Notes under the pieces: generated by a model | Seen by the model: the letters and a program-made list of their open reading frames with translations, nothing else | The model's database searches: none | What the model was told of the DNA's origin: nothing | In this document: in pieces, positions 1-11,158 of the stretch | Layout: every line of letters begins with the position of its first letter | How positions within the stretch are numbered: the first letter of the stretch is position 1 | NCBI GenBank assembly: GCA_964247055.1 | Contig: OZ176054.1 | Coordinates: 12,710,001 to 12,774,000 of the forward strand | Direction of reading: 5' to 3' | Source of the DNA: Paragordius varius | Taxonomy: Eukaryota > Animalia > Nematomorpha | DNA length: 64,000 nucleotides | Translations under genes and position numbers: made by a program

Positions 1-658
1 AATAATCATTTCATTAGGATATTCAATACCCCCCCCCCCCTTCGCAGTGTAATTATTGCATAAGTTTATTCAAATAAAGAGTAAATATTAGTTTACAATA
101 TATATTGTGTTAATAATTTAACCTTAACCATGCTTGGTATTATTATCAGATTTTGTTATGATTTGGAAAAAATATAAATGGTATAACACTTTTGTTAAAA
201 TATTTTAATTGCATTATTAATATTTAAACCAAATCTCGGTCGTCTTTCCAATAGGCGACAAACTGCAAATCGGTGATTACACTATTATAATTTGTTAGCG
301 TTTTTCATACCCTTATGTTTAAATGTGATAAAATATTTATTAATGCCCATATATTTTTGCAATAAAGCCAACCGGTAATAAAAATTATAAGTGCAACCCG
401 TAAAGCTGCCCTTTGTGTTGAAGGCCCCATGTATGATTTTCATCTGAAACTTATATAACATTTATTAAATTATAAGCTGAAATGCGTATCCTAATCACAC
501 TATATAAGGCATCTTATTAAGTTATAATTCATTAAAAAAATTTTCACAAAAAAAGCCGAAAATTAAAATTTTATTCAACTTATTTTATAAATTTTACAAT
601 ATATAATGCGTTTTTGTTATTTTAACATATTGGTCACCATTTTATTATATGGTAAGCC

Positions 659-3600
659 ATGTGCTCTACTAAAAATATTTTAGTAATTGGAGGCAATGGA
701 TTTTTAGGAAAGCACATTGTTGAATATTGCTTAAAAAATAATTTTAAAACATCGGTTTTAGACATTAATCCACCACTAAATAAACATCCAGATGTTGAAT
801 ACCATGTTGGATCACTGTGTGATGAATCAGTATTTAAAATATAAATAGTTTTAGATTTTAAATTCCTGCTTACCTAATCAATGCTTGGTTATTCATTGCG
901 CTTCCCCACCAGAATATCTCAATGATTATGATTTATTTGTATCAGTAAATGTCACCGGAACGAAAAATCTTATTAAATGCTGCATAAATAATAAAGTTAA
1001 AGTATATATTTTTATGAATACCATTTCCTAGTTTAGTTCCCAAATTATTATTAATATTCATGAAATTTATCTATTTTAAAATATTTTTTTTTAATTTAAG
1101 CATTTTAACTATACTTATTAACATAATTAATAAATGGGATAAAAATTTAAAAAATTTACCATTGTAAAATTAATTTTTAATTTATATTGTTTCATTAAAG
1201 TGTGTAAGGATCAATTAAATCAAAAAGATCAAAAAACCAATTTTATCTGTTTGAACCAACTTTATGGTGATCCGAATTTTTAAATTAAAGATTCTTAATG
1301 TGATAAAACACTCTTTGAAACATCAAAAAATTGTTAATTGATAAATTTGGAATGTTGTAGAATTGACTTAGTTATTATTGAATAAATCAAAGTGCATATA
1401 GCTAATTTTAAATGTTTAGGGACAAAGCCTAAATAATTTGAAGGTTAATAGATAAAAAAAAGTTTTGATGACCACTAATATAAAGTGTTTGAATACAAAC
1501 TGAAATGTACATTGTTGATTATAAATATTATTTCATGGGTAGAAAATAATTCTGGTAAGTTCAGCCAGTGTAGTTTATGAAGGCACCGACATACTAAATG
1601 GTAAAGAAACGCTCCCCTATGCAACTCATTACATTAGTCCCTACGTGCAAACTAAGATTGAACAAGAGAAGGTTGATTACTCATGATTATATACCATTTA
1701 CAATTCATATTCACCCTTGAACAATTCAAATTCACCTTTGAACATTTCAAATTCAAATTCACCCTAAAAATAAATTATGAAACTTCGCTCTAATATAACT
1801 CATTATTAAAATTAAATATATTTTTATGGCAAAGTGTTTATTATTTCTTCAGTATTATTTTGATTACATACAAAAATTCTTTTTTTATAAATATAAACAA
1901 AATATAGGTAATATATAATCTTAAAAAACACATAATTTATTTTAGGGTTAATTCGAATTGTTCGAAGGTGAATTCGAATTGTTCGAAGGTGAATTCGGAT
2001 TGTTAAAGGGTGAATTTGAATTGTTTAAGGGTGAATTTGAACTGTAAATGGTATATAGTGTGTGATGCGCCTTTTTAGCTCATTCTACAAGCAAATAATA
2101 ATGTGGAACAAGGTTGTTTACAAACTGTAGCTATTCGCCCGCATGGCATTTTCGGGCCAGGTGATCCACTTTTAGTTCCACAAGTTCTTAAAGCAGCTAA
2201 GGAAGGAAAAATGCGTTTCATTATTGGGTGGGAAAAAACAAAATTTTTGCTTAAACCTTTTGAATGCTAATTATGAAATATTAGAAGAATACTTTGAAGC
2301 CGAGAGAAATTAACATTTATAATTTTACGTGGTCTAAATAAAATTTATTTTACTTAAACAAATTTTCCTAATTTAAAGCAATGAACTTACAAAAATTTTA
2401 TAATAACTAACTATTTAAAATCGACGAAAATACTTGTTAATGGCCATATATATATATATGTATCTATATTTGAATACGGCAGGATTTTTTGATTCAAAAA
2501 TGCGGCCCGCCATGCTATTTGGATTAGACAAATTAATAGTTTTCTATAAATGCCATATAGACGACAGTAAGCACCCATTTAATTAGTGATATACGTTTTT
2601 TATTCGAACAGGGAAAAAATTTACAGTAAGGGGAAGCATGAAATACCATTTACTATTCAAATCACCCTTAAACAATCAAATTCACCCTCAAATATTATGT
2701 TTTTTTAAGATTAAAATTTACCTATATTTTTATATATTCTTAAAAAAATAAAATTTTGTTTTAAATTAAAATGCTATTGAAAAAAATAGTAAAATATGTC
2801 ATAAATATATATTTCATATTAATAATGAATTATATTAGTTTGAAAACACATAATTTATTTTTAGGGGGAATTTGAATTTTACAAGGGTCATTTGAATTGT
2901 TCGAGGGTGAATTTGAACTGTAAATGGTATATTTTGTATTGATTCATGGTATAATTAAGGGAGTTACCTAATGAACTATAATTCAAAATTTTTAATTTTA
3001 TAAACCCTATAACTATATATATGGCTATTTTCTTTATCGTGTTGAAAAAAATTTGACTTTTTTAATTAAGAGATAGCTATCTATTATAATTTTGCTTGTT
3101 TGTACTATAAAAGAAATGGGAATAACATTGTTGATTTTACGTATGTGGAAAATATTGCTCATGCCATAATACTGCTTATTCGAAAATTGGATGAATCTTA
3201 TCTTGCAAACGACAATACGATAGCTGGCCAAGTTTTTATCTTTTATTTTATTGCGATTTTAAAAACAATACTTCGATATTTACATATCCATAATTAATCT
3301 AAAAATAAAGTTATAAACCGATTTTTTATATAAAGATTTTACCAAATATAAAAATATTTTACCTCACAATGATTAATTTATTGTCATAAAATTTAAATGA
3401 CAACACATAAGTGAAAAATCAAATTTTAAATTAAAGTATGGGGCCAAATGGCAAAATAAGCAAGAGCCATCAAAGTGGTTTTTGAATAATCTTAAATGTT
3501 GCTAAAATGAAATGATATGATTTTTTATTCAAATAAATTTTATTTTATCTTTATAATTTAATATTACAGTAAAAATGAAGTTATACGAACACTAAAAAAA

Positions 3601-4253
3601 TTTTCAAAAACAACCATACTTTTTTGAACCTTAATTATATATATATATATATATATATATCAAACATAAAATATGTAATTGATTGTGCTACCATTATAAT
3701 CTTTATTTATTTTTCAATTTAAAACAATGAGTTATATTTCTAAAAATATTAAGATTAAAAAATTATGGTTATCTTTTGTTAAAAAATTTTTCTTTATAAT
3801 TTATTTTACTTTATTAAACATTAAATTTATATATTCTCCACTTACATACATATATAGGCCTTTAACATTACGAATGATGAACCAACCTTTTTCTGGGCTT
3901 TTATCTCCAAGGTATTGAAACACAATGGATTCGATCCACCCAAATATCGAATTCCATACACGTTAGTTTACGTGATAGCTTATGTACTGGAATGTGTTGT
4001 ACACTTTCTTAACTTGGCGATTTCATTTTGGTATGGAAATGTTTTAGGTAAGCGTAGTAAGAAAAAATGTCACCATCTACCAAGCTTAACTTTTACACCA
4101 ATGCGTGTCGCTCTCTTATCTACACACCATAGTTATGACTGTAAAAAGGCCAAAGAGCTGATTGGATATAAGCCTTTGTATAGCTTACAGGAAGGCTTTG
4201 AAAAAACTATGCAAGTCCTAAATAAAACGCATGCTTCAGGCAACAATGAATAG
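659..4253 (+). CDS. NSDHL: NSDHL-like sterol-4-alpha-carboxylate 3-dehydrogenase (3beta-HSD family extended SDR). Exons 659-829, 855-1001, 1543-1671, 2079-2227, 3114-3231, 3858-4253 (~369 aa)
   Basis: All six exons join in frame via GT-AG introns. Rossmann motif GGNGFLG, then [22 protein letters not shown], catalytic YxxxK (YVQTK), [28 protein letters not shown] and TFTPMRVAL, all recognisable NSDHL motifs in the correct order. Confidence 0.88.
1690..2055. mobile_element. Palindromic MITE (family A, TIR TATACCATTTACA) filling NSDHL intron 3
   Basis: TATACCATTTACA...TGTAAATGGTATA inverted termini, subterminal ~21-nt repeats (TTCACCCTTGAACAATTCAAA) and TA flanks. Related copies at ~2643-2931, 9159-9693, 33340-33590, 37190-37270 and 57304-57553. 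Confidence 0.8.
2643..2931. mobile_element. MITE family A copy in NSDHL intron 4
   Basis: Same TACCATTT...AAATGGTA termini and TTCACCC subterminal repeats as 1690-2055. Confidence 0.75.
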
Positions 4254-5118
4254 TAACTGACCTGCTTAAGTCGTTTAACACTAAATTTCTTGACAATGTT
4301 TTGATATTCATATATTTTATATATCATTGAAATTCTAGTCACATAAATGCTTTGATTTCATTTGCTTTTGAATGAACATACCAATTCTAAATTCGAATTT
4401 GATTTCACAAACAACAAGATATTTAGTCATTTGTGAACTAAATTTATATTCTAAAGAAAAGAATGGAATAACTCTGTACAATTGTAAAGATGCCACAAAA
4501 TTACAGAGGTTAGGTGGGTTATGGTTTCCTTTGCATATGTCAGTTTCATTTATTGATTATAAAACCGTTCTTACCAAATGTTTGGTAATATTGTGTTAAA
4601 AATATAATTCTATCAGTCTCATCATTGTTTAATTGAATATTATTTAATATTTACAGCGTAAATTTTGTAATTTTTTCAATCCACAAAAATATTTTAAATA
4701 ACTTGTAAGTACCAAAACCTAAGGCACCGAGAAATCTTATCATTTTATTATCAACATATTTTATTTATATCATTATATTTGTTCTTCTCCTGATTTATTG
4801 GGTTTCATAAAAAAAAGCTTGTTAAAAAATGACATTTTACTTTTTTGCGCAATCGTTAACCTGTTTAAAAAATCGGTATTAAAAATTTATTTGCCGTCAT
4901 TTTTTGTAGCATTTCAAATTTTATTGAACCTTTTTTTAAGAATCACCCTTGAACAATTTTAATCCTCTGACATATCCAATTTTACATTATATGAAATTGA
5001 ATCTTTATAAAAATAATTGTTATTAATTGTTAAAATTTTATTAAATTGAATATTTACAAGTCTATAAAATGAGCTAAGTATATATAACATAAATATTCGT
5101 ATCGTCTTTGTGTAATGG

Positions 5119-8100
5119 CTAGCCATTGTATCCGTATAGAAGCTGTCTGTAATATTTGCGATCCTGCCAGGCGTTATCATCAATGTTGGCAACACTTAAA
5201 TCATTATTTATTGTTTTTTCCCAGTTGAATGTTGGTCTGCCCCTGCGATTGTTACCTTCGGGATGTAGGGATAAAATTTTATTTGTCCATTGTTCTGAAG
5301 CACGTTTGATGTGTCCGAAATATCTGAGCCTATTTTTTCTGAGCATGACATTTAAAGGTTCAATTTGGTAGAGTTGATGTAAATTTGAATTTGACTTATT
5401 GGGTTGGAATAAATTTAGTATCCGTTTTTCTAAGTTCATTAGTTTTTTCTCGATTGAATCTGTCATCGGCCACGTTTCGCAACCATACAGGAGTATGGGA
5501 CGTATGCCGGCTTTGTAAATCAAACCTTTGTTTTTTGCTGATATGTGTTTATTTTTGAGGACAAATTTAAGTTGATGATATTTTACCCAAGCCTGTTGGG
5601 ATCTATATTTAACTGATTGGTTTATTCCACCTAGGCAATGTATGACATCGCCCAAGTATTTGAAATTATTCACCAATTCGATTTTGGTGTCTGCCATATA
5701 AACGTAATTTAGGGAAGTGGATGAGTGATTTATTGTTTTATTTTTACATGATTCACATATAAATTTGTCATTATTGATTAATTTCCCTTTTATAAGCGAG
5801 CACTTTTTGTGTACCCACTTATTGCATGATGTACATAGGATTGAATTGAGTTTAACATCTAAATCACATACTCCACATGGAAACTTAGGTCGTTCATATA
5901 CAGTTTCACCCGTTATCATTACCTTTGTTTTGCTTATATTTATATTCATTCCACCCTTTTCTAAGTGTGATTTCCATGTGTTGTACTTTTGATTTAATGC
6001 TTCCATTGATGTTGCGGTGAGGACAATGTCGTCCGCATAGATAAGTTCCCATGGTGGGCCTTGTTTTATATCTTTTGTTAGGTAATCCATTATTAAAATG
6101 AAGAGTAGAGGGCTTAGGATGGAGCCTTGATGAAGACCAGATTCGTTTGGAACAAAAGCTGTGTTACCTGGTGTTAATCTGACGCAGTTTGTTGTTTTGT
6201 AGTACATCATTTCTATTGATTTAATTATCCAATCATCTACATTATTGGCTCGTAGTGTGGATGTGATCAACTTCCTGGGGATACAATCAAAGGCCCTTTG
6301 TAAATCAATAAAAACATGATATAGTTTTTTATTTTTCGCTAAATAGTTCTCTTGCAATCTTCTCAAAATGAAGATTGCATCAATTGTGCTACTGTTTGGT
6401 TTATAGGCATATTGTGATTCCTGTATACTAACGATTGATCTTAGTTTTGATTCAATAATGGATTCAAAAATTTTTAACGGGTGTTCCAATAACTTTAGTG
6501 GTCTGTAGGAGGAGCAAACGAGTATGTCTCCTTTGTTTTTATAAATGGGTATGATGGTGCTTTTTGACCAATCATTAGGGATGCGATTTGTTGATAAGAT
6601 TAGATTGAATATGTTAGTTAAATGTATAATGCATTGTGGTAAAGCTTTGATCATGTCACAGCTGAGTTCAGATGGACCTGTAGCTTTGTTATTTTTCATC
6701 TTGGCCAAGGCTTCTCTTACATCGTCTGTTGTTATCAGTGGTCGAGGACCAATTGCTGGTGGTTGGTTTATTGTTTCAAAATCATGTTTTTGTGCAAATT
6801 GTTCTTTGTAATACGTTGTCCAGACATTGCTTATGTCACTCCACTCAGTTACTAGTTGTTGATCTTTATCTTTAATATAGGAAATTTGTTTAATGTCCTT
6901 TTTATTATTGTTAACTGAATTTATTGTTCGAAAAATCTTAAGATTTTTCATGTCTTGTTCTAATTTTTTAGCTAAATCCAAAGCTTTTTTGTTGGCTGAA
7001 ATATTGATGGCTTGTTGTAAATTTTTATTTGATTTGATATATGATTCCAAGTCTCTTTTATCTTTTGTTTGTTTCCATCTTTTATAGTTATTGCGTTTAA
7101 TTTTAATTAAAGGTTTTATGGATTCTGACCACCACAAATTTGATTGTTGTTTTTTCCTGTATATTTTCTTTCTGCCACAGCAATTAAGCACATTTGGGAT
7201 GATGCTGTTTTTAAAATTATCCCAAGCTTGTTCAGATGTTTTGTGGTTGAGGCTAAGCGATGCATTGACAGTTTCTGAGAGTTGAAGTTTAAGATCAGGA
7301 AGGTGTAATTTTTCTAAGTTTATTTTAGGTTTCTGGTTACTATGGTAATAGGATTTGTTTATTGTTATTATTGCTACAATTAATTTATGTTGCGTGTCAG
7401 TAAGGTATGTTTTAGAGTCTTTAATGAATTTTCTATCTTGAATGGGTGTTAAAATGTAGTCTACCATAGAATTTAGATTACCACTTGTATAAGTTATTAA
7501 TTTCTTTGCTGGTTTCGTGAAGAGGGTATTGCAGATAGTAAGTCTAAGAGATGCGCAGTATTCTAATAATGTATCACCTTCTTTGTTACGGCTGCCAAAA
7601 GCGTTTCCTCCATGTATTCTCATATAGTCTTCACCATTAGTGCCAACGTGGGAATTGAAATCTCCACCTATAAAAATTTTGTCATTTGGAGGTATTGCAT
7701 GGGAAATGTCGTATAGTTGGTTCCAAAAGGCTTGTTTGGTTGCTTCGCTTAATCCAGACTGGGGAGCATAGATGGAAAGTATGTTAAGAATTTGTTTTTT
7801 AAAGCCGATACGTATTTGGATAATTCTTTCGTTGTGTCTGTTTACTTCTATTATATTATCACAATATTCATTTTTAATAGCTATAGCCACTCCATGTTGG
7901 CCTTTCATTTGACCTTTGTAGAAAATTGTATAGTTGTCTATATTCAGCTTTCCCTCAGATTTATATCTTGTTTCCTGGAGGCAACAGATGTCAATGTTTT
8001 TCTCTTTTATTTGGTCGATAACTAAGTTTGATCTATCGACTAGCGTCGAGATATTCCAAGTGCCGATCTTAAGTGGTTTTACCATATTGTTGGGTGTTTT

Positions 8101-8331
8101 TTGATGTTTGTGGTTTTTTAGGAGAGCATTAATATTGTTATCATATAAATTAATATTATTATCAAAATTAAGATTATCACATATATTAATATCATTAATA
8201 AAATTATTTGTAAGATTAATATTATCATTTTTAAAATATATATCATTGTTTAAAAGTGTTGTCAATTCATTCATTATTTTCATATACGGTATGATTAAGG
8301 CGATTGTTTTACAATTTGCATGCCTTTGCAA
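5119..8331 (-). CDS. RTE ORF: AP endonuclease + reverse transcriptase + inserted PHD-like finger (1070 aa, uninterrupted)
   Basis: APE motifs GTWNI, CCLQETR, YAPQ, GDFNSHVG, MVDY. RT motifs YRPLKLL, GLHQGSILSP, YADD, FKYLG. RTE C-terminal motifs LLYGCETW and RLRYFGHI. C4-H-C3 finger at 5746-5877. Confidence 0.95.
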   Translation of the reverse strand: MQRHANCKTIALIIPYMKIMNELTTLLNNDIYFKNDNINLTNNFINDINICDNLNFDNNINLYDNNINALLKNHKHQKTPNNMVKPLKIGTWNISTLVDRSNLVIDQIKEKNIDICCLQETRYKSEGKLNIDNYTIFYKGQMKGQHGVAIAIKNEYCDNIIEVNRHNERIIQIRIGFKKQILNILSIYAPQSGLSEATKQAFWNQLYDISHAIPPNDKIFIGGDFNSHVGTNGEDYMRIHGGNAFGSRNKEGDTLLEYCASLRLTICNTLFTKPAKKLITYTSGNLNSMVDYILTPIQDRKFIKDSKTYLTDTQHKLIVAIITINKSYYHSNQKPKINLEKLHLPDLKLQLSETVNASLSLNHKTSEQAWDNFKNSIIPNVLNCCGRKKIYRKKQQSNLWWSESIKPLIKIKRNNYKRWKQTKDKRDLESYIKSNKNLQQAINISANKKALDLAKKLEQDMKNLKIFRTINSVNNNKKDIKQISYIKDKDQQLVTEWSDISNVWTTYYKEQFAQKHDFETINQPPAIGPRPLITTDDVREALAKMKNNKATGPSELSCDMIKALPQCIIHLTNIFNLILSTNRIPNDWSKSTIIPIYKNKGDILVCSSYRPLKLLEHPLKIFESIIESKLRSIVSIQESQYAYKPNSSTIDAIFILRRLQENYLAKNKKLYHVFIDLQRAFDCIPRKLITSTLRANNVDDWIIKSIEMMYYKTTNCVRLTPGNTAFVPNESGLHQGSILSPLLFILIMDYLTKDIKQGPPWELIYADDIVLTATSMEALNQKYNTWKSHLEKGGMNINISKTKVMITGETVYERPKFPCGVCDLDVKLNSILCTSCNKWVHKKCSLIKGKLINNDKFICESCKNKTINHSSTSLNYVYMADTKIELVNNFKYLGDVIHCLGGINQSVKYRSQQAWVKYHQLKFVLKNKHISAKNKGLIYKAGIRPILLYGCETWPMTDSIEKKLMNLEKRILNLFQPNKSNSNLHQLYQIEPLNVMLRKNRLRYFGHIKRASEQWTNKILSLHPEGNNRRGRPTFNWEKTINNDLSVANIDDNAWQDRKYYRQLLYGYNG

Positions 8332-8561
8332 ATCAAGAGACTATTTCGGTGTCCCTGACCTATGGAATTGCCTTTCTGGGCTTATGGAGTTCCATCTCCG
8401 CTTACATATATTACAAATTGGTTGTTTCTAGCAACTGGTTATAGCGCCAGATAAACCCGCTTTATCATCTGTGTGAATGCAGGTATTGTGGTATTTTATA
8501 GGAAAAAAAATGGTAGTTTATTTTTTCCACCACACCCCACACAGATGATTTCTTTCCTTTG

Positions 8562-8623
8562 CCGCTCCCGTTGGTATTAACCAGGGTGCACCACGCGGAG
8601 GTGGGAGTCGGACTTTGCACCCC
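8562..8623 (-). ncRNA. Minimal HDV-like self-cleaving ribozyme at the RTE 5' end
   Basis: Minus strand GGGGTGC-AAAGT-CCG(A)CTCCC-ACC-TCCGCGT-GGT-GCACCCT-GG-TTAATA-CCAAC-GGGAG-CGG. This gives P1 (7 bp with G1-U wobble), P2, P3, L3, P1.1 GG and a J4/2 containing the catalytic C. G1 (8623) abuts the TSD. Confidence 0.85.
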
Positions 8624-11158
8624 ATATAACATAAAATCATTAAAAAAATAATATATTTATAGATTAAAATATATTATTGATTTTTTAAGGAAAATATTGC
8701 TATCTTTTTATTTTATTTAGGTCGGTTGATTAATAAACTATAATTTAAACAGGAACATTGAAAAAGCGAATATTCAGCTAAGTTTTAACATTGCATAGAT
8801 AAAAATCGTGAATGCCTAAATACATAAGATATTTTATCCATTAATAAAAGGAAACTGTTGGAGATCTTTATTGAGTTTAGATTAGTGGTACTTACTAAAA
8901 AACTTGTCGAACCTGGAATAATGTTTTGTCTCGTTTTTCAAATAAAGAATGTATTATAACGGTTTACCCATGCAAATATTTAACACGAAAATTTTTTTAA
9001 TCGCATAAATGCCTTTCATATCATTTAATTTAGAGTAAAAATTGAAATTATACTGATAAAACGTATAAAAGACAAGTATTTTTTTCTAAACCACAACCAT
9101 ACTTTTTAGACCTCGATTACCCTACATAAGCTAATAAATAACAATTTTAAATTATATCTACCATTTGCACTTCAAGAGTGTCCTTGAACACTTCAAGTTG
9201 GTCCTTAAAATTTATAAATTTCAATTTAACCATAATTTTTGCATTTATTTTTTTATTTTATTAATTATTAACCTAATTTTCTTTATTTATTATATATTTA
9301 TTTATTTAAAAATAAAAATTTTTATATAAAACTCACTGTTTTGTTTCAAATTATTTTTTTTTCAATTGAAAAATTATTGACTTTTAAATGTTATTAATGA
9401 AAAATTTTAATTAATAACTCCGAAATATATTTTTTCATTCGTGTTAAAATCTTATAAATATTTAAAATTATATTAAGAAAATAATAAAGATATACGGTTT
9501 ATCAAAGACTAAAAGTTGATATCGATTTAAAATTTATGTTGAATAATAGAAAATAGGTAACATTAAAATAGATGAATTATTTACGATTTGATTGATAAAA
9601 GTTAAAAACAAAACAAAAAAGTCAAAGGACCAACTTGAAGTGTTCAAGGACCAACTTGAAGTGTTCAAGTACACTCTTGAAGTGCAAATGGTATAGTTGA
9701 ATGCATTACTAATTTACATTTCCGATTCCTATTTCGCAAATAAAACGTGAGTTCGTTTGAAAAATATTTGTCATTTTAATACTTTTTGTCTGTATAATTT
9801 CAATTTTTATTGTAAAAAATTATATTTAGATAAAGTAAAATCATTGTTTAGCTTCATGAGAGGCCTATACGTTATCATGGGGAAAAGAATTTTTTTATAA
9901 GGGATGACTTGAGCATATTTTAACATTTGAATTTGGGTTTTCTTTACAAATGGCTATTTTTGATTTATTATTGGAAAATATTTATCTTCCCATTTTAATA
10001 AAAAAACGATGTTTATTAGTTATAAATAATTTTAAATAATTTCTTTTTATTATTTTTAATGTAAAGCACCCGACTATGTAAAACAAAAAAAATATATTTT
10101 TCTGGTATTTAACCAAAATCAAAAAATCGTATTTTTGTCGCACATTATGTCAAATAAAATTAAATTCAACAAGAAAAAACGCGTCAATGAAATTTTATTT
10201 GATATAATATTTTCCTAAAAATATTATTGATAAATATTTTCATAATTTTCAGAGGGTCCTTTAAGGACTTACAGGAAACAAAGATAAAAAATTGCCGAGT
10301 GAAGTTGGAATTCAATAAATTTGTTAATATGTGGTAAAAGATTATAAAATTTTATTTTATATCATATATATGTAATATAAAAAACCAATCGCATTCAAAA
10401 TATAATTAAGGATTATATAAAAAAGTATATTTTGCAATAACCAAAAGAGGAAGTAGCGTATAATTCAAAACATCCAATATATATAATACATACCGTTATT
10501 AACGAATCGATGGAGAAACGGTGTATCATAAAAATTTTGTCTATTTTTGAAAAAAATTACAAGATCAAAAATATTAATATAGCTTAGTACAGTACACGAT
10601 ATTACAAGTAACAATATTCTTTAAATTTTAACATAGGTTTAAACTTATTCCGGGAAACAAAATTGGAGACTGTTTAAATACTTTTTAGTTTTTCCTTTTT
10701 GAGGGTAAGGATTCAAAATGTATCAGCACTGGTACTTTATAACTCGCCTGCCCAAGGTGAGACTGATGATGGAAAAATTAGGCAGGTTTTGAGGTTCTAA
10801 CTCTCATAGCCCACACATACAGTATGAAAGTCAGGCCCCCTAACTACTTCCATTACACCCTAAAGTCTGCCTAGAGACTCTTATTTACAAAAAGCACTTT
10901 TTCTTTTAAAAATAGGAAAAACTATATGTCGACTCAGGATTGTAATTTATACACAACTCATTTAAATTAGGTTCGTAAGTTATTTCACAAAACAGAGTTA
11001 ATACCGCTTCGAAAGTAGTAGGGTTTAAATCAAAATTCTGAGTCAATAGATATTTTTTCTTTAACTAATCGTATTAAATGCTTTTGATATATTATGAGTC
11101 GTTAAAATAAATAGGTATATACTACCTAGAATTACTATAATAAATACCAATGTAAGAT

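Larger units (their letters stand above)
5094..8623 (-). mobile_element. Full-length RTE-clade non-LTR retrotransposon
   Basis: Single APE+RT ORF. The 12-bp direct repeat ATATAACATAAA at 5082-5093 and 8624-8635 is a TSD. The 5' end begins with an HDV-like ribozyme. Confidence 0.95.

Noticed and set aside
500-510. TATA-like TATATAAG upstream of NSDHL
   Set aside because: Not distinguishable from background in such AT-rich DNA without TSS data.
1700-2045. Short ~21-nt repeats resembling a CRISPR array
   Set aside because: No unique spacers and a eukaryotic context. They are subterminal repeats of a palindromic MITE.
5156-8431. Short + strand ORFs overlapping the RTE (likewise antisense ORFs over Utopia and the second RTE)
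   Set aside because: Shadow frames of long real ORFs, with no recognisable motifs.
10715-10880. GC-richer patch with CTGATGA, a CCTGCC/GGCAGG stem and a later GAAA (hammerhead or C/D snoRNA?)
   Set aside because: No stem II closes between CTGATGA and GAAA, and there is no properly placed D box with a terminal stem. Left unassigned.
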